Shown here in pieces: positions 8,408 through 18,163 of a DNA stretch of 64,000 bases (its first letter is position 1; the number at the start of each line of letters is the position of its first letter). The stretch spans positions 55,594 through 119,593 of the forward strand of contig CAJQPC010000071.1 in NCBI GenBank assembly GCA_905480105.1, read 5' to 3'. This DNA comes from an uncultured bacterium. GTDB lineage: Bacteria > Myxococcota_A > UBA796 > CAJQPC01. The notes under the pieces are model-generated. The model did not search any database. It worked only from the letters and a program-made list of their open reading frames with translations, and had not been told where the DNA came from. Position numbers and translations under genes: made by a program.

Positions 8408-10552
8408 ATGCCTATCGCTTTTCTTCTTATTGCTTGCACGTCTCCTTCGCCAACGGACTGGAAACCCGTGGACTTACTCTCTCAAGTTGACGTCTTTGTG
8501 GGCTCGGGCGGAGATGCTTTTGGGTACGGCGGCCTGACCCCGGCAGCACAGGTACCCAACGGTCTGGTCAAAGTGGGACCGGACACCAGCGCGGAGTCCA
8601 GCCGTTTCGAGTTCCAACACACCGCCGGGTACGACTTTGATGACCCCTACGTCACGGCCTTCTCTCACTATCGACTGCCCGGAATCGGCGTGGGAGACGG
8701 AGGCGGACTCGGCGTGATGTTCGCTGGGGAGAAACAGAGTGGAGATTGGGGCGAGTACCGGGCCCCTTACGCCCGAGAGGATGAACAGGCAGCACCTGGC
8801 CGATACCGACTGGCTCTTCCCGGTTTAGGCCAGGTTGAGCTGGCAGCAGCCCAACGCGGCGCCATCCATCGCTACACCTGGGAGACCGAAGAGCACTGGC
8901 TCATGGTCCATCTGGCCCACGTGGGCGGCAGCGGCACCGTGGTAGAGGAAGGTGAACTCATACAGACTGAGAGCGGACTGGAGGGCTGGCTGCGTCTAAA
9001 TGGTGGGCTGACCGGGCGCGGGGAGCAAGGCGGCGTGCCGCTCTATTTTGTCATCGACTTCTCCCAGGCCCCGGTGGAGAGCGAGCTTAGTCTGAACGGA
9101 GAGCCCGTCGAGGGCACAGTAGGCGGTCCCGGTCTGGCCAACCTGCGCTTTGAGGGCGATAGCGTGGAGCTGCGGGTGGGCCTAAGCGTGGTCGATGTGG
9201 CCGGTGCCCGAGCCAACCTGGAGGCTGACCTGGGCGAAATGAGCCTGGAGGCGCTGCAGGACCAAGCCACCGACCAGTGGCAAGCGGTCTTTGACACTGT
9301 CCAGGTCGCCGGCGGCACAGAGGAGCAGCAGGCCATCTTCGCCTCCGCGCTTTATCACGCCCGCTCCATGCCCACTTCCTATTCAGACGTGGACGGGCGA
9401 TTCCGGGGAGTAGACTCCCAGGTTCACCCTGCACGAGAGCGTCCGTTTTACAGCGACTTTAGCGGCTGGGACACCTATCGAACACTGCACCCTTGGGTGA
9501 TCTGGGTGTGGCCAGACTTGGGCACCGACTTGGCGTCCGCCATCGCGGACATGGGTCAGCAGCTGGGCTACCACCCCCGCTGGCCAGCCGGCACCACCGA
9601 GGCCGGGTCAATGGTGGGCTCCCCGCTGGAGATCGTGCTCGCCGAGTCAGCCCTGAAGGGCCTGGACTTTGAAGGGCAGGATGCCGCCTTTGAGTTGTGT
9701 GTACAACATAGCTTTGATGGCGACTTAGACGGCCAGCGGCGCCACAGCCTTCAGGACTACATCGACTATGGCTACATCCCCGTGGAGAGTGAAGATGGGA
9801 GCGTCTCCAAGACACAGGAGATGGCCATTGTGGACCACGCCATAGGGGCCTGGGCTGCTCAGCGCGGGGACACCAACGCCCAGGCCTTGTTGGCCCGTTC
9901 GGGCAACTTTGCCAACGTGCACGACCCCGACAGCAACATGGCCGCTGGCCGCATGGCTGACGGGAGTTTTATGGAGCCTGGGTTGGAGGGCTGGCCGGAT
10001 GAGTACGTCGAGGGCAACACCTACCAGTACACCTGGCTAGCGCCCCATGACGCAGCGGGCTTGGCTCAGGCCTTTGGTGGAAACCAGATCGCCGTGACCA
10101 AGCTGACGGAGCTCTTTGAACTCAGCGACGCCGCACCCGACACGGACTTTCCCGACCCCTATTATTGGCACGGGAACGAACCCGATCTACACGCCGCCTT
10201 TCTCTTTGCCGAATGGGGAAGACCTGAGCTGACCCAAGAGTGGGTGGGCTGGATTCAGGAACGCCGCTACGCCCTGGACTCGACTGGTTTGGACGGAAAC
10301 GACGATGGCGGCACGTTGAGCGCTTGGTACCTGTTTGCAGCTGTGGGCCTGTACCCGCTGAACGGCACGGACCGCTATGTGCTGACGGCGCCGCTGTTTG
10401 ACCATGTGCGAATCGGTGGCTTAGAGATTGGGGTCATGGGCCAGGGAGAGATTCAAGGGGTCATTGTCGACGGCGAGGTCTGGGAGGGGTGGACGATCTC
10501 GCACGGAGAGTTGATCCGTGCGGAGAACTTGGTGTTTGTGCTGGGAGGGTGA
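8408..10552 (+). CDS. Glycoside hydrolase family 92 (putative alpha-1,2-mannosidase) lipoprotein
   Basis: 714 aa. Lipobox 'FLLIAC'. GH92-like blocks 'VFVGSGGDAFGYGGLTPAAQVPNGLVKVGPDT', 'YTWLAPHD' and 'YYWHGNEPDLHAAFLF'. Confidence 0.88.
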   Translation: MPIAFLLIACTSPSPTDWKPVDLLSQVDVFVGSGGDAFGYGGLTPAAQVPNGLVKVGPDTSAESSRFEFQHTAGYDFDDPYVTAFSHYRLPGIGVGDGGGLGVMFAGEKQSGDWGEYRAPYAREDEQAAPGRYRLALPGLGQVELAAAQRGAIHRYTWETEEHWLMVHLAHVGGSGTVVEEGELIQTESGLEGWLRLNGGLTGRGEQGGVPLYFVIDFSQAPVESELSLNGEPVEGTVGGPGLANLRFEGDSVELRVGLSVVDVAGARANLEADLGEMSLEALQDQATDQWQAVFDTVQVAGGTEEQQAIFASALYHARSMPTSYSDVDGRFRGVDSQVHPARERPFYSDFSGWDTYRTLHPWVIWVWPDLGTDLASAIADMGQQLGYHPRWPAGTTEAGSMVGSPLEIVLAESALKGLDFEGQDAAFELCVQHSFDGDLDGQRRHSLQDYIDYGYIPVESEDGSVSKTQEMAIVDHAIGAWAAQRGDTNAQALLARSGNFANVHDPDSNMAAGRMADGSFMEPGLEGWPDEYVEGNTYQYTWLAPHDAAGLAQAFGGNQIAVTKLTELFELSDAAPDTDFPDPYYWHGNEPDLHAAFLFAEWGRPELTQEWVGWIQERRYALDSTGLDGNDDGGTLSAWYLFAAVGLYPLNGTDRYVLTAPLFDHVRIGGLEIGVMGQGEIQGVIVDGEVWEGWTISHGELIRAENLVFVLGG

Positions 10553-10716
10553 GCTTTCGGGTCGTGCTGCGCTCCAATCAACGGGTTCCACCCTGACTCA
10601 CGTACCGGATTACTGACCCAGCACCCGGGCAACAGGGAGACACAGCGTGATGTACACCCCAGAGTCCAGGCGAACGCAATAGACCACCCCCACCCCTCTT
10701 GTACCCAGGAGCACCA

Positions 10717-11163
10717 ATGGGCTTCCGCTCGTCGATCAAGTCTGCAGTAAAGCGTGCCCTGGGCATGGAGCACCAGGCCAAGTCCACTCCTGTGGCGCGC
10801 ACCCCGCCGGTTCCACCACAGGATCAGGACAACGCCGCGAGTTTAGCGAACATTGAGTGTGACGCACAGGAGCTCAAAGAGCGCCTGGAAGCTGGAGAAG
10901 AGATCGTCATTGTAGATGTACGCACGGACGGCGAGGTGGCCGGCGGCATGCTTGCAGGTGCACTTCACATTCCTCTCCAACAACTGGAAGCGCGCTGGAA
11001 GGAAGTGGAAGACGCCAACGAGATCGTCTGCTATTGCGCGGCCGGAATGCGGTCCCTGCGGGCGGCGGAGCTGCTGCGAAGCAAAGGCTGCATCAACGCG
11101 ACCTCGCTGGCGGGAGGACTGCCAAGCTGGACGGACATTGGTGGGAAGATCGCGAAGGCTTAG
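10717..11163 (+). CDS. Rhodanese-like domain protein (sulfurtransferase)
   Basis: Active-site loop 'IVCYCAAGMRSLRAAELL'. ATG at 10717 is preceded by AGGAG 5 nt upstream. Confidence 0.85.
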   Translation: MGFRSSIKSAVKRALGMEHQAKSTPVARTPPVPPQDQDNAASLANIECDAQELKERLEAGEEIVIVDVRTDGEVAGGMLAGALHIPLQQLEARWKEVEDANEIVCYCAAGMRSLRAAELLRSKGCINATSLAGGLPSWTDIGGKIAKA

Positions 11164-11251
11164 ACCTTCCCGAGAAGAGACCCGCCGAAAAACAACCCAG
11201 GCAGCCCGAGCGGACTGCCGTGGTCCGAACTCGGGCCCAGGCCCCTGCGGT

Positions 11252-11536
11252 TCAGCTGTTCTCCGTGAACTTGCCGAACTCCCGGCGGTTGAGCCACTCG
11301 GGAAAGCCGTTGCCAAGTCCGCGGCCGGCCCAGTTGCGAGAGACGCGGCCCACGAAGAGCTTGTCCCCGTCTTTCATCTTCTCGCCGAGCATGTCCCGCA
11401 CCTTGCGGGGGCCCAGTGGGCTTTCCAGCAGCCAGGCACCAGGAATGCGATTGGACCAATTACCCAAGGTCTTGAGTTCCGCTTCGAACTCTGGGTTCTC
11501 GCCGTTGGCGAATGAGAAGGTGACAAGCAACATCAT
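11252..11536 (-). CDS. Hypothetical small protein (94 aa)
   Basis: ATG-ATG at 11536/11533 is preceded by AGGAG with a 7-nt spacer. Product begins 'MMLLVTFSFANGENPEFEAELKTLG...'. No family recognised. The longer ORF to 11698 is rejected. Confidence 0.55.
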   Translation of the reverse strand: MMLLVTFSFANGENPEFEAELKTLGNWSNRIPGAWLLESPLGPRKVRDMLGEKMKDGDKLFVGRVSRNWAGRGLGNGFPEWLNRREFGKFTENS

Positions 11537-11601
11537 GATAGAACTCCTCTGGTGCGGCGTCTTAGCACGCTGAGCACGGAGAGGAGTGACTGCACCCAAA
11601 C

Positions 11602-12039
11602 GTGGGTTTCGGTCCACCCCATGTAGACTGCGTGCCATGTCTTGGAGATGGAGTGCAGCGCCCAGTGGAGTTGATTCTTGCGCGCCAATGGTGCGCACTA
11701 CTGACGACCCCAGTGTTGCTCTTTGAACCGGACGGAACGCTGGTTTATTTCAACGAGGCTGCGGCAGCACTGCTTGGCCGGACCTATGGCGAGTCCGGAG
11801 GGCTGACCCGCGCCGTGTGGCAGGCGGCCTTTCGCATGGAAGACACTCTGGGGGCGTCACTGAGTCAGGACGACAACCCTTTGGCGCGTGCCTTGGACGA
11901 TGGGATACCCGCCCAAGCGCAAGTCGTTCTTCGTGGCATGGATGGCGAGCTACGCACCCTGCAGGTGACCTCGGTTCCCTTGGGAAGTCTGAGCCAAGCC
12001 AAGCTTGGGATCATGGCCTTGCTGCATGAGGTGCGCTGA
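11602..12039 (+). CDS. PAS-domain protein (stand-alone sensor)
   Basis: 'VLLFEPDGTLVYFNEAAAALLG...' followed by beta-strand-rich 'VVLRGMDGELRTLQVTSVPL' is a typical PAS fold pattern. The start codon is uncertain. Its stop abuts the next gene's GTG. Confidence 0.6.
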   Translation: MGFGPPHVDCVPCLGDGVQRPVELILARQWCALLTTPVLLFEPDGTLVYFNEAAAALLGRTYGESGGLTRAVWQAAFRMEDTLGASLSQDDNPLARALDDGIPAQAQVVLRGMDGELRTLQVTSVPLGSLSQAKLGIMALLHEVR

Positions 12040-12861
12040 GTGGAACTGACTTTCTACGGGGTGCGCGGGTCCTTCCCCAGCCCAGGCCGGGACTTTGTTC
12101 GCTACGGCGGCAACACCTCGTCGGCCATCTTGCGTCACGAAGGACACCTGCTCCTCCTGGACGCGGGCACCGGCATCGTGCGCGCCGGAGAGATTGAAGC
12201 GTGCCACAACCAACGTATCGATATCCTTCTTACGCATCTGCACATGGACCACGTGCAGGGCCTGGGGTTCTTCGGACCGCTCTTCCACCCTGGCCGGGAC
12301 GTGCACATCTGGGGACCGCCCAGCACCACACGCAGCCTTCGCAAGCGCCTGGGCCGCTACCTGTCCCCGCCCCTGTTTCCCGTTCACTTCAACGAGCTGC
12401 CAGCCAAGGTGGTCTGCCACGACGCCAGCTGGGACCGCTGGGAAATCGGCCCCTTCGCGGTCAACGCACAGCTCATCACCCACCCGGGCCCAACCTTGGG
12501 CTTTCGCATCCAGGCGGCCGGAAAGGTGGTGGCCTTCCTTCCCGACCACGAGCCGCAGCTGGGCTGCAAGGACCTACCCGCCGGACCTTGGCTCAGCGGC
12601 AGTGCCTTGGCGCAGAATGCCGACGTGCTGATTCACGACGCACAGTACACCCAGAAGGAGTATGAGACGCGGGTGGGCTGGGGCCACTGTACCCCGGAGG
12701 TGGCGCTGGACTATGCCCGAAAAGTGGGTGCCAAACGCCTGATCTTGGACAGTCATGAGCCCACTCGCACCGATGCGGAACTCGACGCATCCGTCGCGCG
12801 GCTGACCACCCAAGAGCTGCCTGTCCTGGCTGCAGCAGAAGGGCGTGTCTACACGGTCTAA
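12040..12861 (+). CDS. MBL-fold metallo-hydrolase
   Basis: Metallo-beta-lactamase motif 'LLTHLHMDHVQGLGFF' (HxHxDH). 273 aa. Confidence 0.85.
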   Translation: MELTFYGVRGSFPSPGRDFVRYGGNTSSAILRHEGHLLLLDAGTGIVRAGEIEACHNQRIDILLTHLHMDHVQGLGFFGPLFHPGRDVHIWGPPSTTRSLRKRLGRYLSPPLFPVHFNELPAKVVCHDASWDRWEIGPFAVNAQLITHPGPTLGFRIQAAGKVVAFLPDHEPQLGCKDLPAGPWLSGSALAQNADVLIHDAQYTQKEYETRVGWGHCTPEVALDYARKVGAKRLILDSHEPTRTDAELDASVARLTTQELPVLAAAEGRVYTV

Positions 12862-12908
12862 GAGACGCGGGAGTGCGGAGAGAACCGCGGTCGGCTACCG
12901 TGGGTCCC

Positions 12909-14786
12909 ATGACGCTTCTACTTGCCCTGGCCTGTGCAAACGGCCCCGCTGCTCTGGTCGCTCCCGACCGCTCAGAGCATCTCTTGGACCGGCCCTTCCC
13001 CAGCGAAGAGCTGATGGACGAAGACGGCACCATCGACCTGTCCGCGTTCCCGGAGTCCGGCACTGAGCTGGGAACGACGATGACCCAGGGATGGGCCCGC
13101 ATGGCCGGTGAGACGAGCCACGGTTTCTCTCACCTGGGCGCCATCAGCTTTCGCTTTGAGGGTCCCATCGAAGGCCTAGAGGAGCGCTACGAGGGCTTGG
13201 AAGACGACCCCATCCAGCTCATCAGTCTAGACTCGGGCGAGCGACACCCCCTCTGGGTGAAGTTCGTCGAAGACCCGAAGGGCGACCCCTTCCTACGAGA
13301 AAACACCCTGCTCATCGCGCCCGACCCCACGGCTCCCCTGCGCTCCGGTGAACGCTACATGGCCTTTGTAGACAAGAGCTTGGCTCAATCCCCACAGGAC
13401 TATGCGCTACCCGAAGAGGCCCCCAAGCAAGCCGTGGTGGCGACCATTTTCCCAGTACAGGACAGCCTGGGTCAGCTCGAGACCTTGATGGCGGCCACAG
13501 ATGCGGCCCTGGATGCCGATCCCTCCCTTTTGGAGGCGGTCTCCCTGCGCCGAGTCAGCTCCTTGGACTACAGCATCGGTGAGACCCCGTCCGGAAAAGA
13601 GGCCACCGTCGTGACGGTCACTTTTGAAAATGGCGAGACGGAGCTGACCTACCTGGACAACTACGTGGACCTGCAGGAGCAGTCTCTGGACCTACAGGAC
13701 TGGCCGATGGCCGTCTACCAGGCAGAGATTCAGACTCTGGCTTTTCAAGACCTGAGCGCGCAGCCCTATGCCAAGCCTGGGGTGGGGCTGATCTCAGACT
13801 TTAATCGCAGCGGCGATGGCTGGATCGACTTTGATGCGGATGGCGCGCTGATCCGCGACCCGGTCCCCGAGTCCATGCGCATCGTGATCCAGGTACCCAA
13901 GGACAGCGCCACGAAACGTCCGGTAATGACCTGGGACCACGGCACCGGAGGACACGCCTACAACGCCGTGCGCCGCGCCATCAGCGGCTCCAAGGCAGAG
14001 GATGTCTCGCAGGCACTGGCCGACGCGGGCGCCGTGGTGGTCAGCCGCGACCAGCCGCTCTATGGCGCGCGCTACCCCCTGATCGACCAAGGCTTTGATG
14101 CATCCTTGGGTTTCTACAATATCGGCAACTTGCCCGCCTTCCGCGACAACCAACGCCAGGCGGGCGTGGACCACAGAGTCCTACAGCGATTCTGTGAGGA
14201 GCAGCTCCCAGCCCTGTTTGACACCGACCCCCAGCGCATCGGCGCCTTCGGACACAGTTTGGGCAGCGTGACCCTGCACATTGCTTTGGCCGGCCAACAA
14301 GGCACCGGCGCGTCAGCGGCCCTGGTCTCAGGAACAGGTGGTTACTTCACCTACTACATTCTCGAGACCGGGCTGCTCGGCACCAGCAACGATGTTGTGG
14401 GGCTCATCGCCCCACTGATCGGCGTAGATGAGACCACACTGGCCAGCGCACAGGCATCCGAGCTCATCGCAGCGCTCGTTGGCGTACCCGAGAGCGGCTG
14501 GGAGCACATGGACCGCTTCCACCCCGTGATGGGCCTCTTCCAGACCATCATGGACCCCAGTGACCCGCTGGCGCTGGCACCAACGCAAGTGGTGCCAGAG
14601 ACCATTGTGTTGGGTGTGGGGGATCTACAGGTTCCGAATCTGACCACGGAGTGGCTGCAGGACACGCTGCCGGACGCGGAGACCGTGGTCTGTACACCCA
14701 GCAGCGACGACTATGATCCCCACACGTGTACGTATGTGGAAGCCGTCGGGATTGAGAGCTTTTACGAGTTTATGGTGGGCTTGTAG
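12909..14786 (+). CDS. Secreted lipoprotein, probable alpha/beta-hydrolase (esterase/lipase-like)
   Basis: ATG 12909 gives the lipobox 'MTLLLALAC'. Nucleophile-elbow motif 'GAFGHSLGS' (GxSxG) lies in the C-terminal half. Confidence 0.6.
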   Translation: MTLLLALACANGPAALVAPDRSEHLLDRPFPSEELMDEDGTIDLSAFPESGTELGTTMTQGWARMAGETSHGFSHLGAISFRFEGPIEGLEERYEGLEDDPIQLISLDSGERHPLWVKFVEDPKGDPFLRENTLLIAPDPTAPLRSGERYMAFVDKSLAQSPQDYALPEEAPKQAVVATIFPVQDSLGQLETLMAATDAALDADPSLLEAVSLRRVSSLDYSIGETPSGKEATVVTVTFENGETELTYLDNYVDLQEQSLDLQDWPMAVYQAEIQTLAFQDLSAQPYAKPGVGLISDFNRSGDGWIDFDADGALIRDPVPESMRIVIQVPKDSATKRPVMTWDHGTGGHAYNAVRRAISGSKAEDVSQALADAGAVVVSRDQPLYGARYPLIDQGFDASLGFYNIGNLPAFRDNQRQAGVDHRVLQRFCEEQLPALFDTDPQRIGAFGHSLGSVTLHIALAGQQGTGASAALVSGTGGYFTYYILETGLLGTSNDVVGLIAPLIGVDETTLASAQASELIAALVGVPESGWEHMDRFHPVMGLFQTIMDPSDPLALAPTQVVPETIVLGVGDLQVPNLTTEWLQDTLPDAETVVCTPSSDDYDPHTCTYVEAVGIESFYEFMVGL

Positions 14787-14886
14787 AGGCCACATGGCCA
14801 GCGCTTGGTCGGTGTGGACCCGCTCGTAAGAGCCCGTCCAACACATCTGACCCAGTCAGCGCATGGTCCATGCTTTGCTACCCGAC

Positions 14887-16035
14887 CTACTGCTCGGAGT
14901 TCGGCACACCGTAGACAGCGCCTACGTATGGGCCATTCAGGAAGAGCTCAGGGTCCAACTCGCTCTGGAGCAGAGTGCCCTTGTACTCGTCGGTGAGCAG
15001 CAGGCGGGCACACTCGGCCAAGCCAGCGGCCGTGGTGGACTGAATGGCGCGCAGGGTCTGGCCGCCGAAGGCCTCGGGCAGCACCATGTAGGCAGCATCC
15101 AAGCGATGACGGCGGTTGGTAGAACCTTGACCTTCGACGGATGCATAGACAACAACCACGTCGTCTTCCATCTCGGGGATTGTGCCCTGCATCATGTCCT
15201 GGAGCTTGTTGATGCGGTCCGGATCGCTGCCGAACTTCGCCAGTTCCTTCTTGACCCAAGCCCAGTGACCTGGGTAGCGCAGGGTCTTGTAGTCCAGGTC
15301 GCGAGCCCGGCCAGCCAGAGCTTCGGGCAGGTCGGCGGCGCCGCCAGAGGTGGTTGCCTCCTCGTACGCCAGTCCGTCGATGAGCAAGGTCTCCACCTGC
15401 TCCAGGGAGTCCACCAGGACCGTCTCGTAGTCGCGAACGACCTCGGCCTGCTTGACGTACTCGGTCGCCACGCCAATCGGGCTCCAGGTAAATCCGTAGA
15501 AGTGAGGGGCCTCGGCGTTCTGGGTCAGGGCGCCAACGCGCATCTTGACCACGTCGACCTTGTCCACGCTGTAGCGCTCGCAGAAGTCGTTGAAGAGGCG
15601 CATGGCCAGCACGTTGATCATGCCGGGGGCTAGGCCACACTGCAGCGCAAATCCGGTCTTTGCGTCCTTGGCCATCTCCATGATCTGCTTGGTCTCGGCC
15701 ACGTACTCGGTCAGGTTCGCGTAGTGCAAGCCATGCTCCAGGGCCCAACCGGCAACACGAGGGGCCTGGCCACCGGGCAGGCAGTCCAGGACCAAGTCGC
15801 AGCCTGCGAGAGCCTTCGCCAGCTCGTCGGTCATGCCCTTCAGCGGAATCTTGATGGCCTGGACGCTTCCTGGGGCCTGGCTGTCCTGCTCGATGAACGC
15901 CACAGCGCTCTCGGCCTGCTCCATGTAGGCATCGCCCAGGATGAGGTCGACCTGAAGCTCGCCGAGCTCCCGCAGCAAGAGACCAACTGCACGACCGATA
16001 CCGCCGCTGCCGGCAATGAAGACACGCTTACTCAT
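14887..16035 (-). CDS. Saccharopine dehydrogenase family NAD(P)-binding protein
   Basis: N-terminal Rossmann motif 'KRVFIAGSGGIGRAVG'. The length (382 aa) and overall pattern fit saccharopine/homospermidine-type dehydrogenases. Confidence 0.8.
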   Translation of the reverse strand: MSKRVFIAGSGGIGRAVGLLLRELGELQVDLILGDAYMEQAESAVAFIEQDSQAPGSVQAIKIPLKGMTDELAKALAGCDLVLDCLPGGQAPRVAGWALEHGLHYANLTEYVAETKQIMEMAKDAKTGFALQCGLAPGMINVLAMRLFNDFCERYSVDKVDVVKMRVGALTQNAEAPHFYGFTWSPIGVATEYVKQAEVVRDYETVLVDSLEQVETLLIDGLAYEEATTSGGAADLPEALAGRARDLDYKTLRYPGHWAWVKKELAKFGSDPDRINKLQDMMQGTIPEMEDDVVVVYASVEGQGSTNRRHRLDAAYMVLPEAFGGQTLRAIQSTTAAGLAECARLLLTDEYKGTLLQSELDPELFLNGPYVGAVYGVPNSEQ

Positions 16036-16082
16036 GGGAGACCGTCCTGGTAGAAGATGGCCGCCCTATAGCGGGCTTGCCT

Positions 16083-16826
16083 TTACTCCTCCAGCAGGGC
16101 TTGTACGCCAGGCGGGGCCTTAAAGTCTGGGAGCTCCTGTGGATCCTGCTCAAAGGTGTCGAGCGTGGCGACCATAAGCAAGGTCAGCATTGTCGTTTCG
16201 GTAACAGCAGGCATGGCGATTCCATCCACGACCTGCCAGTCACGCATGACGCTTTGCTGACGAATCTTCCCCATCGGCGTGGGCACTTTTCCGCTCGTCC
16301 CGATGTTCACGCCTGTATTCACCAGAAAGAAGATTTTGGTGGGCTCGTCATAGGCGATCGGGGTGGCAGTGACCTGCCAACAGGCCTGGTCGTCAAAGAC
16401 CTTGAGACCGTTGACCGTGGCGTCCCGGTAGGTCTCGGTCATGGACAGGTTGCCCATCCCCATCAGCTTGATCGGCCCGAGCTCCTCCTCGGTCAGGAGG
16501 CGGGGGCCTTGGTTGGGGTCGATCTCCCAGCCGTACTGCCCGGTCCAGCCGGAGGTGCTCTCGCCCATCCCTTGGATAAAGCTGCGGGTATAGACCTGTC
16601 CCTGGTGCGTCCAGATCTCGATCTCGCCGGTCAAGCCTTGGGCTGGGGCCGAGATCAACTGCTTCATGTAGAAGTCATCCGAGGTGGCCTTGTCTCCTCC
16701 AACGAATGCCTCGTGGGCGGCAACGAGCTGCTCAAAGCTGGGGTAGTCCTGGGGCGCGATGTCCGGCAACTCCACACCATTGGGGTTCCGGCGGCCGGCA
16801 CACGCGAGCATCAAGAGCAGGGTCAT
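16083..16826 (-). CDS. Hypothetical lipoprotein
   Basis: ATG 16826 overlaps the S41 peptidase stop (ATGA). Lipobox 'LLLMLAC'. No family recognised. Confidence 0.6.
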   Translation of the reverse strand: MTLLLMLACAGRRNPNGVELPDIAPQDYPSFEQLVAAHEAFVGGDKATSDDFYMKQLISAPAQGLTGEIEIWTHQGQVYTRSFIQGMGESTSGWTGQYGWEIDPNQGPRLLTEEELGPIKLMGMGNLSMTETYRDATVNGLKVFDDQACWQVTATPIAYDEPTKIFFLVNTGVNIGTSGKVPTPMGKIRQQSVMRDWQVVDGIAMPAVTETTMLTLLMVATLDTFEQDPQELPDFKAPPGVQALLEE

Positions 16827-18148
16827 TCGCAGTCCTCCAAGATCCAACACACAGCGGCGTCCAAGGCGTCATCCTTTCCAAGCGCTAACGCTTCGGCGTT
16901 CCGGGGCACGATGACGTCGGGGGTCACGCCCACGCCCTCGATGCGCAGCCCAGTGGGGCCCACCAAATCCGCGAGCACGTACTGCAAGCGGTCGCCGTTG
17001 GGCAAAATATCCACGGTGCTGGGCAGGCAAGCACCAGTGGTCGGGGTTCCAAAGACGCGGCCTCTGCCGGTGGCTTGCAGGCCGTGGGCCAGGATCTCCG
17101 AGCTCGAGTAGGACAGCTCGTCTACCAGGATGGCCACTGGGCCATGGATACGCTGGTCCGGAGGCCGGGGAAAGACGGTCAGGTTCAGATCGGCGTCCCG
17201 GGAGATCATGGTGCCCAGAGAACTGCGCTCGTCCACCAAGTAGCCAGCCAGGCCGCTGGCAATGGCAATCACCCCACCTGGATTTCCCCGCAGATCGAAG
17301 ATCACGCCAGGAGCACCCTCCAGGGCCAACTCCGTCAACGCCGCCTCTGCTGCTGGAGCCACGGGCGGCATAAAGACGTTGAAGCGCAGCACCCCCACAC
17401 CGCCCCGAACCCGGGCCAGCTCAAATTCGGTGCGGATCGGCGGCATAAAGCCCACCTGAACCATCTCGCCGACCAAGGCCTGTCGCTCCAGACTAAAGAC
17501 CTGGCCCTCTCCGTCTGGGCTTCGGGCCGAGAGGGAGAGGGAAGAGGAAGCACTTCCTAAGAACGCATGCGATGCGGCCCGCACCATGGCCCCTTGGTCC
17601 TGAGCGGAGTCGGGATCAACCTCTGCTGCCTGCAAGGCCACGTCCGTCTCACCGATGCTCAGGACCACCCAGCCCGCCTTGATACCGGACTGATCCGCGC
17701 TGCTCCCGCCACGCACCCGGGTGACCACCATCTCGCCGTCGATGTAGCGCACCTCCAAGCCCACATCTGCGGTGAACGTCTGGGCGACTGCGCCATCGAT
17801 GCCCATCCCCACCCTGGGATGGGCAGGGGTCTGCGCGAGCTCCGACTCCTCGTCCTGGGCTCCGGCGAAGACCGCGAAGTGACTGACCTTGAGTCTGGAG
17901 ATCATGTCGTTGAGCACGGGCCGGAGCACATCCGCTGAGCGCGCGCGTTTTGCCTGGGGATAGAGCTCGTCATGAACCCCTTGCCAGTCCAAGCCGTCCA
18001 TATCGGGGTCGGGGTAGACCGCGCCGACCCGCTCCCACACGTAGTCGAAGGTCTCCATCTGGAGCTGGGCCCCTCCTCTTCTGGAGGAGGCGCGGCGTTC
18101 CATGGGAAGGCAAGAGACGAGGAAGACCAGGATTGGGACAAGCGGCAT
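16823..18148 (-). CDS. S41 family peptidase (C-terminal processing/tricorn-core-like)
   Basis: 'GVIFDLRGNPGG' and 'ILVDELSYSSSEILA' are S41 signature blocks. The N-terminal signal is 'MPLVPILVFLVSC'. Confidence 0.85.
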   Translation of the reverse strand: MPLVPILVFLVSCLPMERRASSRRGGAQLQMETFDYVWERVGAVYPDPDMDGLDWQGVHDELYPQAKRARSADVLRPVLNDMISRLKVSHFAVFAGAQDEESELAQTPAHPRVGMGIDGAVAQTFTADVGLEVRYIDGEMVVTRVRGGSSADQSGIKAGWVVLSIGETDVALQAAEVDPDSAQDQGAMVRAASHAFLGSASSSLSLSARSPDGEGQVFSLERQALVGEMVQVGFMPPIRTEFELARVRGGVGVLRFNVFMPPVAPAAEAALTELALEGAPGVIFDLRGNPGGVIAIASGLAGYLVDERSSLGTMISRDADLNLTVFPRPPDQRIHGPVAILVDELSYSSSEILAHGLQATGRGRVFGTPTTGACLPSTVDILPNGDRLQYVLADLVGPTGLRIEGVGVTPDVIVPRNAEALALGKDDALDAAVCWILEDCE

Positions 18149-18163
18149 TCCAGAGGACTATCC

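Noticed and set aside
14863-17111. Several long frames (14863-15633 +, 14948-15748 -, 16077-17111 +) overlapping the saccharopine dehydrogenase, lipoprotein and S41 genes
   Set aside because: These are alternative or antisense frames of well-supported genes. They are Arg/Gly/Pro/His-rich, as expected for out-of-frame high-GC sequence.
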